NCBI GenBank assembly: GCA_016189905.1
Contig: JACPRP010000102.1
Coordinates: 9,231 to 73,230 of the forward strand
DNA: 64,000 nt
Reading direction: 5' to 3'
Source: Chloroflexota bacterium
GTDB taxonomy: Bacteria > Chloroflexota > UBA6077 > FW602-bin22 > JACPRP01
Shown here: one piece after another, positions 8,317 to 18,286 of the stretch
Position numbering within the stretch: position 1 is the first letter of the stretch
Layout: every line of letters starts with the position of its first letter
The notes under the pieces: generated by a model
What the model was told of the DNA's origin: nothing
Databases searched by the model: none
The model's input: the letters and a program-made list of their open reading frames with translations, nothing else
Made by a program: the position numbers and the translations under genes

Positions 8317-9249
8317 TTAGCTGTTGAACAATCTGAAGACTGAGATCGCCGCTGGACCGAGTATGACCACGAACAGAGACGGCAGGATGAAGAAGACGAT
8401 GACTGGGATCATCTTGAGCGGCGCCTTTTGCGCCATCTCTTGCGCCTTCAGCCTTCGCTTCGTCCTCATATCCTCCGCGAGCACCCGCAATGCGTCGGCG
8501 ATCGCGACGCCCATCTGCTCCGCGTGCGCGACGGTCTGGCTTAAGCTCCGCAGCGATGCCACCCCCGTTCGGGTCGCCATCTCCTTCAAGGCATCGCGCC
8601 GCTGCCGGCCCAGGCGCATCTCGTGGAGGGCTCGCGCGACCTCGTCGGCCAGCGGGCCGGGCATCCTCTCGGCCACCCTCATCAGCGCGGCATCGAGACT
8701 AAGCCCCGCCTCTACGCACGCGACGATCAGGTCCACCGCGTCGGGGATGCCCCGCTCGATCGTCTTCTGGCGTCCCCCAATCACTATGCCCAAGAGCACG
8801 TCCGGCAGCATTCGCCCGACCAAGATCGCGACGCCGATCGTTCCTAATTGTAGAAGGCCCAGGCGCTGGCCCGAGAGAAGCACCGCAGCGACATAGGCCA
8901 AGGGTATGCCGAGAAAGGAAATCAGTTTGAGCGCCAGAAAGGTGGAGACGTCGAGCGGATTGCCCGCCATGGCCAGCTTCTCCACCGCTTTGCCGCGTAT
9001 CTCCTGCGGGGCCGTGCTCGAGAGGACCCCGGTCAGAATGCCAACGACTGGCCCCAGGATGCGGTCCCAGAACGAGCCATCGATGGCGTCTTTACGCAAG
9101 GGCTCATCGGTTTCAGCCGCGTAAGTCTCCACCGCGTCCCGTAAAGCATCGTTCCGACCGCCCGAAAAAAGCAGGACGAGGTAGGCTATCGCCGCGAACG
9201 CCGCTGCACCAAGGAGCAGTGGAACGGGAATAAAGGCTGGAATGGCCAT
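8317..9249 (-). CDS. tadC: Tad pilus platform protein TadC (type II secretion system F family)
   Basis: The T2SSF-type domain reads IERGIPDAVDLIVACVEAGLSLDAAL...LAEDMRTKRRLKAQEMAQKAPLKM. I place the start at ATG 9249, which is preceded by AAGGAGG. The TTG start at 9285 in the track lies inside a tandem repeat. Confidence 0.8.
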   Translation of the reverse strand: MAIPAFIPVPLLLGAAAFAAIAYLVLLFSGGRNDALRDAVETYAAETDEPLRKDAIDGSFWDRILGPVVGILTGVLSSTAPQEIRGKAVEKLAMAGNPLDVSTFLALKLISFLGIPLAYVAAVLLSGQRLGLLQLGTIGVAILVGRMLPDVLLGIVIGGRQKTIERGIPDAVDLIVACVEAGLSLDAALMRVAERMPGPLADEVARALHEMRLGRQRRDALKEMATRTGVASLRSLSQTVAHAEQMGVAIADALRVLAEDMRTKRRLKAQEMAQKAPLKMIPVIVFFILPSLFVVILGPAAISVFRLFNS

Positions 9250-9270
9250 CGGTATGCCCTCCTTGTCGAT

Positions 9271-9361
9271 AATCAAGGTCAACAATCAAGGTCGGTATTC
9301 AAGGTCGGTAATCAAGGTCGGTAATCAAGGTCGGTAATCAAGGTCAATAATCAAGGTCGGT
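9271..9361. repeat. Tandem repeat, 7 x 13 bp (AATCAAGGTCGGT consensus on the + strand)
   Basis: Units lie at 9271, 9284, 9297, 9310, 9323, 9336 and 9349. Four units are identical and three differ by 1-3 nt. The array fills the tadB-tadC spacer and overlaps the last 6 tadB codons. Confidence 0.95.
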
Positions 9362-10299
9362 GAAGCGCCGCAAGAGCAACATCCCTGCCGCCAGCATGCC
9401 TACCGCGGCAAGGAGCATCAGACGGCCAAGGCCCGTGCCTAACAACGTCGAAATGTACGTCGGGTTCATCAAAGATATCGCCAGGAAGACGAAGAACGGC
9501 AGGCTGGAGATGATGTAGCCGGATACGCGCGGGTCGGTCGTGAGCGCGTGCACCTCGTCACGCAGCAGGAGTCGCGCGCGGATCGTGTGGGCGATGCCGG
9601 CCAGAACCTCCGACAGGTTCCCCCCGACGGTCTTGTGCACCAGGATCGCGGTTGCCACCAGGTAAACATCGTGGCTTGGCACGCGCCGGCACATACTGGC
9701 GAAGGCGTCGTCGAGCTGCATCCCGACGCTGATGTTACGGACCACATTAGAGAACTCCTGGCTTGTCGGCTGCGGCAGCTCCCTGGCCACCGTCTCCAGC
9801 CCTTGCAGTAAGCCGAATCCTGATTTGAGGCAGGTGCTCATCAATTCGATCGCGTCTGGCAACTGGGCCTCGAAAGCTTTGATCCTCCCCCGCTGGCGAT
9901 GCCTGACATAGAATCGAATCGCCAGGTAGCTCAATGGCACAAAGAGTATGCCGACCAAGAAAGTACCAGAGATGAGGGTGGCGATTGCGAAGAAGACGGC
10001 GGCGCTGGCGATGTGGACGGCCACATACACCCCGGGCTTGAGCGGCAGGCCGGCACGGAGCATCGCCAGCTCGAGGTCCTCCGCCCACGAAGTTCCCTTG
10101 ACGAGCTCGTCGATCGGGCGAACGAGGCCGGACCTTTCCGTTCGCAAGACGTCGATGTTCGCGACCCGCCGCCCGGACATGCCCTGGGCGTATACCTCGA
10201 CCGTCTCGTCAAGCTCCGCTCGTCTGGCCCCAAGAGCCTCGACCGCCGCGACGACTATCAGCACGACGACAAAGAAGGCGAGCGCAGAAAAACCGAGTA

Positions 10300-10306
<7 letters not shown>
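9344..10306 (-). CDS. tadB: Tad pilus platform protein TadB (type II secretion system F family)
   Basis: The T2SSF-type domain reads QLPDAIELMSTCLKSGFGLLQGLE...LLLRDEVHALT, flanked by TM helices at the N and C termini. The gene overlaps the cpaF stop. Confidence 0.8.
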
Positions 10307-11703
<1,397 letters not shown>

Positions 11704-11706
11704 GCC

Positions 11707-12954
11707 CTACCTCCTCGCCAGGAAAAACTTTTGCGTCATCTTGTCCACGAGTCCGTGGCCGTTAGTGCCATTCGCGCCCAATATCTTCCTGGTCAGATCG
11801 AAGATGCTTCTCGCCATCTCGGCCCTGGCCTTGGTCCTGTCCTGCACGACGAGCCCTCCCGGCCCTATGACGGAGTCGGCGGCGGGGTCTAACGGCAGCT
11901 TCCAGAAGGCCGGATAGCGAAGAACCCCGACGATGTCCTCCGGATTGGCCCCGCTGCGCCCATTTGCCTTGTTGATCACCAGCTTGACCTTCTCTTCCGA
12001 ATACTGCCATTGCCGCATCAGGTCGAGGCAGGCCTTGGTCCGCTTGACACAGAGAAACTCCGGGGTCGTGACGAGCAAGATCAGATTCGACATATCGAGC
12101 GCCGCCAGCACCGTCTCGTTGAGCCCGCCGGGCGTATCGAGGATCACGTAATCGTAAACCGAAGCGAGCTCGCCGAGCACCTTTCGGACGTGGTCCCCTG
12201 TGATCTGCTCCGAGCCATCCACGTGCACGGGCGCCGGCAGCACTCGCACACCGCTGCTGTGCTTGGCCAGGAATCCATCCACCAGGTCGGAATCCAGCGT
12301 GTGCAGCGCCTCCACCACGTCCAGAATGGTCTTTTCCGGTGGCGTATTCATCATCAGGGCCACGTCGCCGAACTGCAGATCGAGGTCGACCAACACGACC
12401 CGTTGCTTGCTTTCCACGGCGATGCTGGCCGCCAGATTGGTGGAAAGCGTGGTCTTGCCGATGCCCCCTTTGACGCCGAAAACGCAGATGATGGTGCCCG
12501 TGTAGAAAGGCGCGGCACCGCCCGACGCCTCGAGCTCTTGCCTCTGCTGCTCGCGGGCGAAGAGCGCCAGGATGGCCGTGTGCAGATCCTCGGGATCGGC
12601 AGACCTGGGGATGTGGTCGTCGGCGCCAGCGACCATCGCCTTCCGCAGGTTATCGTGGTCGGACAGAGACGAGACGACGATCACCGGCCAGCGTGGCTGG
12701 CCGCGGGAGAGCAGCTCGACCGTCTTCAGGGCGCGCGCAACCGGATCTTCCACCGCCACCACCACGATATCGGGCTTGAGCTGATTGGCCCAGGTGTAGG
12801 CCACCGGGCCGAAGGCCGACTCTCCGGCCACGACCACGTCGGCGAAAGTGAACTGCTTGTTCAGCGCCGCCAGCGCCTCGCGACTTTCGTCGACGAGCAG
12901 GACCCTGACCTCCCGTCGCCGCCTGTCGTTCCGCAACATTTCGCCTCTCATCAC
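11707..12954 (-). CDS. tadZ: TadZ/CpaE: atypical receiver domain fused to a MinD/ParA-type ATPase
   Basis: The N-terminal REC-like fold has Ala at the usual phospho-Asp position (PDIVVVAVEDP). The C-terminal part has a deviant Walker A, VFGVKGGIGKTT. Confidence 0.85.
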   Translation of the reverse strand: MMRGEMLRNDRRRREVRVLLVDESREALAALNKQFTFADVVVAGESAFGPVAYTWANQLKPDIVVVAVEDPVARALKTVELLSRGQPRWPVIVVSSLSDHDNLRKAMVAGADDHIPRSADPEDLHTAILALFAREQQRQELEASGGAAPFYTGTIICVFGVKGGIGKTTLSTNLAASIAVESKQRVVLVDLDLQFGDVALMMNTPPEKTILDVVEALHTLDSDLVDGFLAKHSSGVRVLPAPVHVDGSEQITGDHVRKVLGELASVYDYVILDTPGGLNETVLAALDMSNLILLVTTPEFLCVKRTKACLDLMRQWQYSEEKVKLVINKANGRSGANPEDIVGVLRYPAFWKLPLDPAADSVIGPGGLVVQDRTKARAEMARSIFDLTRKILGANGTNGHGLVDKMTQKFFLARR

Positions 12955-12955
12955 T

Positions 12956-13837
12956 TCACCTTCCTGAGGCCACCGGTTTTTGCAGCGGCTCCTTGATGGC
13001 CCCTAAAGTGGCTTCGGGCAGATCCGCCACGCCGTCATCATTCGCCGCGCGTAGGACCATTCGCAGCTTACCGGTCGCCTCGGCGAGCGCAAGTCGTTGG
13101 GCTTGCTCAGCCGTCACCGCCAGCGTAGCGCTCTTGGCCTGGGGTCGCGCCGTGGCTTTATCTGCCGCGCCACTGCCGTTGGACTTATCATCTTGCTTGT
13201 TTGCCACTGTCGCACCACCGACCTGGCTAGACGACCGCTGCGACGATTTGGCAGATGGAGTATTACCGTCCACGGGCATCTCCTCATCGCCCTCGATTGC
13301 CTGGGCGACCGCCAGCACCTGAAGGTCCTGGAGGATGGTCATCGCCGAGTCCTTACCCAGTGACGACTTGGAATCGAAGATGGCGATGATATCCACCCGA
13401 TTGCCAGGAACGATCAGACCGCCTGTGCCGATCACCTCGCTGAAGGTGACGGCAATCGCCCGCTTGCCCGGGGGAATCAATTGCGCCAGGCTCAGCTTCT
13501 CTTCTTTGCTGGCATCACTCCGGAATTTGGTGGATAGAACTTGCTCGCCGGCCGTCAGTGGCACGCTGGCCATCTTACCATCCAGCTCGGAAAGAGAAGA
13601 CAGGGCCGAGGGGTGCTTCGCTTCGATAGGCACCTGGCGCGTGGTGAACATCTCTGACGACAGCGTGACCTTGGACGGGATGTCGTCGCGCGCCACTACC
13701 ACGGTGGCCATCTGCCTGTTCTGGGCCTGACGTGTGGTCGTATCCACATAGTAAAAGGTGCCGACGGCGGCGACCAGACCCAGGACGAGCGCCAGTATCA
13801 ACGACTTCCGACTCCGCGACTTACCTGATCTTGCCAT
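12956..13837 (-). CDS. cpaB: Flp pilus assembly protein CpaB/RcpC
   Basis: An N-terminal TM anchor (SLILALVLGLVAAVGTFYYV) is followed by an SAF-like region (ARDDIPSKVTLSSEMF) and an RcpC-like beta domain. Position is between tadG and tadZ. Confidence 0.8.
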   Translation of the reverse strand: MARSGKSRSRKSLILALVLGLVAAVGTFYYVDTTTRQAQNRQMATVVVARDDIPSKVTLSSEMFTTRQVPIEAKHPSALSSLSELDGKMASVPLTAGEQVLSTKFRSDASKEEKLSLAQLIPPGKRAIAVTFSEVIGTGGLIVPGNRVDIIAIFDSKSSLGKDSAMTILQDLQVLAVAQAIEGDEEMPVDGNTPSAKSSQRSSSQVGGATVANKQDDKSNGSGAADKATARPQAKSATLAVTAEQAQRLALAEATGKLRMVLRAANDDGVADLPEATLGAIKEPLQKPVASGR

Positions 13838-13951
13838 TTGTGACCTCCCGAATATTCAATCTATCGCTGGCGTCGGGCCCCTGGCCCAACACGTCGTGAA
13901 TTGTGGCGAACGGGGCTAGCCCCGATACCCTGGGAGCCCCGGGTATCGAGA

Positions 13952-14986
13952 CTAGCGAATCAAACGCACCAACTTTATGCCGTACTGATTGTATTGAGAC
14001 CAGTCGCCTTCTGGGTCGAGGAGCTTGACGAAGTGGCCGGTGACCTGCGCCGTCTCCGGATTGTTCTTCGACGGCGGCACGTTGGCCCAGGAAACGACAA
14101 AGAACTCGACAAAGCCCAGGATCGTGACCATCTTCTTGCCGTTTACGTCGAACGTATTGACCACGGGGATAGTGATGATGCGCGGGCAGTCGTGGTTCAG
14201 ATTACCATCCGCGTCGACGACATCCCAGTAACCTTCGGTATCGTGCGGTGGGACAATACGCTCGTTGAATCCCTGGACGATCGGCCCGACCAAGTTGCCC
14301 GTCTCCGTGGGCACCTCGTCGCCAATTTCGGCCCCGGCACAGCTATTTCCCGCGATGCCGTTTCGAAGGCCATTCCCACCTTGCCCATACAAATCCAGCG
14401 CCTGGAAGTTGCCCTGTTGACCCTGGCCGGCCGAGAGCTTGAGGTCGTATGTAAAGTTCGGGCCGAACTGGTAACCAAAATCGGCAGCCCCGTTACCGGC
14501 AAGCGGGGTGACGCCAATCGGCACCAGGCATGGATAAGATTGAGGTGAGCCGACGATCGCGGTGGCGGTCGCGGCGACGTCGCTGAGATTGGCAAGGCCA
14601 AGGACCGGCATCAAGAAGATTGGGACGCTACGCACCGCGGTCACCGTGATGGTGTCGTTGCCCACATAGGTGGTGCTCACGGTGGCGGTCGTGCTCGCCG
14701 CACTCTCGCCGTTGTCATCCACGTACTTGTAGGCCACCTGTTCCGCCTTATTCGGTTTGTCGGGCAGCTCCTGGGCCCCACCCAGCGCGCCGGCGTCGAC
14801 GGCCGTCTGTAACCTGCGGCGGGTCTCGAGCAGCATCCCCACGTCCGTCACCAGACCCACGAAGCCGATGAGCACCGGCAACATCAGCGCCACCAGAATC
14901 AGTGACACGCCCTGCTCGCCGGGGTGGCGAGAAGCGCGAGAACCGGGCCAGGCTTTCCTGGCCATTAGACACAGTCGTTGCTTCAT
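13952..14986 (-). CDS. TadG-like pseudopilin/pilus-associated protein
   Basis: The N terminus GEQGVSLILVALMLPVLIGFVGLVTDVGMLLETRRRLQTAVDAGALGGA is the TadG/TadE-type hydrophobic segment. The start overlaps the tadE stop as ATGA. Confidence 0.65.
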   Translation of the reverse strand: MKQRLCLMARKAWPGSRASRHPGEQGVSLILVALMLPVLIGFVGLVTDVGMLLETRRRLQTAVDAGALGGAQELPDKPNKAEQVAYKYVDDNGESAASTTATVSTTYVGNDTITVTAVRSVPIFLMPVLGLANLSDVAATATAIVGSPQSYPCLVPIGVTPLAGNGAADFGYQFGPNFTYDLKLSAGQGQQGNFQALDLYGQGGNGLRNGIAGNSCAGAEIGDEVPTETGNLVGPIVQGFNERIVPPHDTEGYWDVVDADGNLNHDCPRIITIPVVNTFDVNGKKMVTILGFVEFFVVSWANVPPSKNNPETAQVTGHFVKLLDPEGDWSQYNQYGIKLVRLIR

Positions 14987-15390
14987 ATCTTTGGCCCCTC
15001 GTAGCGCATTATCGCCGAGCTGTTCAGCGGTATGATCGTGTTTCCACCGAAGAAGTTGTTGGCGATGATTCCCGTGATCAGCTCGACGTCCAGCGAAACC
15101 GACACGCTCAACGACTCACCCTGCTTGGGCGCGGGATTGAAGACGACGGTGGCATCTCCCAGACCGGGGATAGACTTGACGTGGTTGACCACGTCCGTGT
15201 TGCCGACAGCGGCATAGCGCGCTCCCTCCCGGGCGCCATGGGTCACCGACAACCAGGCGTTGAACGCGCGTCCAAAGTCGGCTATGCCCATCACCAGCAG
15301 TATGAGGATCGGCGCGACCAACGCGAACTCAATCAGATTCTGGCCCTTCTCGCCGCGCCTCGCATGGAGGATGGGTTCCCTCGAAAACAT
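14983..15390 (-). CDS. tadE: TadE-like pseudopilin
   Basis: It carries GEKGQNLIEFALVAPILILLVMGIADFGRAF. I place the start at ATG 15390, preceded by GGAGGTG. The longer ORF running to 15489 overlaps cpaA. Confidence 0.75.
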   Translation of the reverse strand: MFSREPILHARRGEKGQNLIEFALVAPILILLVMGIADFGRAFNAWLSVTHGAREGARYAAVGNTDVVNHVKSIPGLGDATVVFNPAPKQGESLSVSVSLDVELITGIIANNFFGGNTIIPLNSSAIMRYEGPKI

Positions 15391-15395
15391 TCCTT

Positions 15396-15917
15396 TCACC
15401 TCCCTAATGGTGCTCCAAATAACGCGGCCAGGCAGCCCGCCGCCACGGCGACGCCGAACGGGAGGGACTTCACTCCGCCGGGTCCCCAACTGGCGTAGGC
15501 AGACAGCGCGGTTAGAGCAAGCCGACGATAACCAACGATCGCGATCGACGCGGCGCCGAGGATGAGGGCCGAATAGAGGAAGGCGAACAGCAAGAAGCTG
15601 ACACCTTCGAGCGCGCCGACCGCGACGAGCAGCTTCAGGTCGCCCGCGCCAACGCCCCGCAGCGCAACTGGGATGATGAGCAAAGCGAAGGCGAAACCGG
15701 CGGCCCGAGCGCTATCCGCCAGGCCGTCGATTCCCCTGAACATCCCGTTCAAAGCTAGCCCCGCGGCGACGGCCGGAAACGTCAGCGCGTTATAGATCTT
15801 GCCGCGCCTGACATCAGTGTACGCGGCGACCGAGACCACGGCTATTAACAAGACATCGACGACCGTTGTTTCCAACTCGGACTCCATTTTGGTCCGTCGG
15901 ATCGCCTCTCTCGGCAT
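15396..15917 (-). CDS. cpaA: Prepilin peptidase CpaA (A24 family)
   Basis: Polytopic protein with the AYTDVRRGKIYN motif (first catalytic Asp) and GAGDLKLL (second catalytic Asp). Confidence 0.8.
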   Translation of the reverse strand: MPREAIRRTKMESELETTVVDVLLIAVVSVAAYTDVRRGKIYNALTFPAVAAGLALNGMFRGIDGLADSARAAGFAFALLIIPVALRGVGAGDLKLLVAVGALEGVSFLLFAFLYSALILGAASIAIVGYRRLALTALSAYASWGPGGVKSLPFGVAVAAGCLAALFGAPLGR

Positions 15918-16039
15918 CCGACGGACCCCGCGATGAACATTCTGGGTAACGCGACACCGTAATCGATTTGTCTCTTCGCCCCGGGCCGCCGCGCGCTGCT
16001 CAAGTCAGCGCCGCGGCCGCTCGAGGCCCATCTGGAACC

Positions 16040-16207
16040 CTACGGAACAACAAGGTTAGCCGCAATTCCCTGGAACACGGCGTCGACTTGCGTTCCTGTC
16101 ACCGTGATGGCTCCAATAGCTACGAGGGCGATCAGGGCGACCAACAGACCGTACTCGACCAGGGCCGCACCTTCTTCCTCCTGGACCAATCTCCTCATAA
16201 GGTTCAT
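16040..16207 (-). CDS. flp: Flp/Fap-family pilin (55 aa), absent from the supplied ORF track
   Basis: My translation is MNLMRRLVQEEEGAALVEYGLLVALIALVAIGAITVTGTQVDAVFQGIAANLVVP. It has the G/AALVEY prepilin processing motif plus a hydrophobic helix, a GGAGGTG Shine-Dalgarno 6-7 nt upstream, and an ATGA overlap with the upstream gene. Confidence 0.85.
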   Translation of the reverse strand: MNLMRRLVQEEEGAALVEYGLLVALIALVAIGAITVTGTQVDAVFQGIAANLVVP

Positions 16208-17061
16208 CGTGTCTCACCTCCTTCCCTTTTAGCATTTTCACGCAACTGAACTTGACGCTTCATTTCCCACGGACGCTCACGCAACCTGAGCGGACGGTCC
16301 GCTCCAATTCGCCGAATCTGGCGGAACTCCGCCACGGCGAGCGCCAACAACGTCGCCAAGATCAATCCCTTGGAGAAGACGCTGGCTCGATCGAAGCCCC
16401 CACTCAGATAGCTGATCAAGACCAGCAGGGCCGCGAACGCCATACCGGCTTCGATGTAGCGCCAGCAGTGTTCCGGTGGATCGTTATCCACCGGTGCGCC
16501 TTCGATCAAGGCGCCGCCAAAAGTCGCCGCGCCGGTCAGCCATTCGCCCCAACCGGTCGGCTTCCACCAGGCGGGCATCGCCGTCGCGAGGGAAGCCCTG
16601 GGCGAGGACCATTCCCGTGGCGATGCCGCCCCCGGACCGGTGCTCTTGCCGTTGCCGTCGCCCGCGATCTTCCTGGATGATTCCCTAGCCTCTTCGAGCG
16701 TCGGCAAGAGGCTGTCGAACAATCGCTTCTTCGAGATCGAGGCCGCGGCGCCGGCGGCGCGCGCCGCCGCGTCGTACTCGTCGACGTCGAACTCGATGGC
16801 GACGACCAGCGACGTCGGGGGCAGGCAAAGTCGCAGGGTGCGGAGGACCTGGATGCCATCGCCCTCCACCATCTCGATGTCGACCAGCACCACGTCCGGA
16901 CGCGTCGCCCGCGCCAGCTCGACCGCCTCGTCTAAGGCCGTCGCCTCACCGACGACCTCGTAGCGGCGGCTGTTCTCGAGGAAGCTCTTGATGTCGCGCC
17001 GCACGCGGTCGTTGCGAACGAATATGAAAATGCGCTGTGTTGCTGGCCGGTCCTCTGACAT
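16204..17061 (-). CDS. Response-regulator receiver domain protein with a C-terminal 2-TM membrane anchor (no recognisable output domain)
   Basis: The N-terminal REC fold has PDVVLVDIEMVEGDG (candidate phospho-Asp) and a conserved Lys region (ISKKRL), but ND replaces the usual DD acidic pair. The C-terminal part has two hydrophobic helices (YIEAGMAFAALLVLISYL and GLILATLLALAVAEF). Confidence 0.7.
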   Translation of the reverse strand: MSEDRPATQRIFIFVRNDRVRRDIKSFLENSRRYEVVGEATALDEAVELARATRPDVVLVDIEMVEGDGIQVLRTLRLCLPPTSLVVAIEFDVDEYDAAARAAGAAASISKKRLFDSLLPTLEEARESSRKIAGDGNGKSTGPGAASPREWSSPRASLATAMPAWWKPTGWGEWLTGAATFGGALIEGAPVDNDPPEHCWRYIEAGMAFAALLVLISYLSGGFDRASVFSKGLILATLLALAVAEFRQIRRIGADRPLRLRERPWEMKRQVQLRENAKREGGETR

Positions 17062-17110
17062 CTCAACGTTCCTGCTGTTAAAGGATCTTCTCTATACTTA
17101 CGATAACAAA

Positions 17111-17164
17111 AGGTCCGATTCCTGTAATGAGCGATTGCCCAGCAATTGTCTCAGGGATTTCCCC
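17111..17164. promoter_or_regulatory. Repeated regulatory module A, upstream of the REC-2TM/flp operon
   Basis: It reads AGGTCCGAT...GTAATGAG-N2-ATTGC-CCA-GCAAT (palindrome)...GGGATTTCCCC. Homologous modules lie at 17974..18097 and 18154..18252. Confidence 0.4.
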
Positions 17165-17183
17165 TATGATTTCGTAGCCAGAT

Positions 17184-17864
17184 TCACCCACGCTGGGACA
17201 GCGGGCCGATGATGCCCAGCCTGATAGCGCTGGAGATCGCCTCGGAGCAGTTCTTCACCTGCAGCTTAGACAGTATCCGTGCCCGGTAGTTCTCGACCGT
17301 CTTCGGGCTCAGAGAAAGCTCGCGCCCGATCTGCTTGCTGGTGAACCCATCCGCGATAAGCTTGAGAATCCCCCTCTCGCGATCGCTGAGCTCATAGGGC
17401 TGCCCAGATCGCTCGCCAGATCGGCGCGACGATTCGATGACCGCCTTCGTGGCCGAGGGGTCGAGGAAGGATTGGCCAACCGCCACCGTCCTGATCGCTT
17501 GAACCAGATTGTTGACGAGTGACTGCTTCAGCAGATAGCCGGACGCGCCGGCGTCCAGCATCCCGAGGAGGTACTGCGCATCCGAGAACACCGTCAAAGC
17601 CAGCACCTTCACGTCGGGGCTTTCCTCCCTCACCCTGCGGGTCGTCTCTATGCCGCTCATGCCTGGCAGGCCCACGTCCATCACGACCACATCAGGTCGC
17701 GTTCGTCGAAGGAGATCGATAGCTTCCTCTCCACTCGCGGCGCTGCCGACAACCGTGATGTCCGGCTCACGCGCCAACAACATACACACACCATCGCGAA
17801 CTATCGCGTGGTCTTCGACCACCAGGACCTCTGTGCATTCTCGCCGCGTGTTCTGACCTACCAT
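17184..17864 (-). CDS. NarL/FixJ-family response regulator (REC + LuxR-type HTH), paralog 1
   Basis: It reads VLVVEDHAIVRDGV...PDVVVMDVGLPGMSG...LKQS and has the C-terminal HTH LSDRERGILKLIADGFTSKQIGRELSLSPKTVENYRARILSKL. The start is set at ATG 17864. The upstream extension in the track does not look like coding sequence. Confidence 0.85.
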   Translation of the reverse strand: MVGQNTRRECTEVLVVEDHAIVRDGVCMLLAREPDITVVGSAASGEEAIDLLRRTRPDVVVMDVGLPGMSGIETTRRVREESPDVKVLALTVFSDAQYLLGMLDAGASGYLLKQSLVNNLVQAIRTVAVGQSFLDPSATKAVIESSRRSGERSGQPYELSDRERGILKLIADGFTSKQIGRELSLSPKTVENYRARILSKLQVKNCSEAISSAIRLGIIGPLSQRG

Positions 17865-17973
17865 TTGGCACACCTTCGAGCGTTTTTCGCTGGCAAGTGA
17901 AACCCCGCCCAGGGCAACCCCACCCCAGGCTTCACACCAAACGTGAAATCGTTTCCTATGTTTACACGATACC

Positions 17974-18097
17974 AGGTCCGATCGGGCTCGTAATGAGTGT
18001 TTGCCAAGCAATTCCATTAGGTATTTGCCCGACACTCTCCATCGAGGGAATTCACCGATGCCTATGGGAGGCGTCGCTTTCGAGAGGGGATTCCCCT
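17974..18097. promoter_or_regulatory. Repeated regulatory module B, upstream of response regulator paralog 1
   Basis: It reads AGGTCCGAT...GTAATGAG-N3-TTGC-CAA-GCAA...GGGAATTCAC...GGGGATTCCCC (palindrome at 18087..18097). Confidence 0.4.
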
Positions 18098-18153
18098 ATA
18101 ACCCCCACAAGCCAGTTGCGTATGCCACCACGATACAGGAATGTTTGCCGCCT

Positions 18154-18252
18154 GTAATGAGGATTAACCAGCAAGCTTTATGAGTGCTTGCCTGCCGTTC
18201 TTGCGGGAGAATCCACTCGGCAATCAGAGGGTATTGGATAGGGGGAATTCAC
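18154..18252. promoter_or_regulatory. Repeated regulatory module C
   Basis: It reads GTAATGAGgattaaccAGCAA...GGGGGAATTCAC, a third and more degenerate copy of the module. Confidence 0.3.
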
Positions 18253-18286
18253 TCGTGGGTAGGTAGTGCATAGATGAACGCGGACA

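Noticed and set aside
9271-9361. The 13-bp and 12-bp tandem arrays (9271..9361 and 30774..30833) as CRISPR arrays
   Set aside because: The units are contiguous with no spacers, far shorter than CRISPR repeats, and no cas genes are nearby.
16056-16241. The 61-aa ORF from the track in the flp region
   Set aside because: It is in the wrong frame and has an Arg/Gly/Pro-rich product. The Flp pilin frame (16040..16207) explains the region and has a proper RBS.
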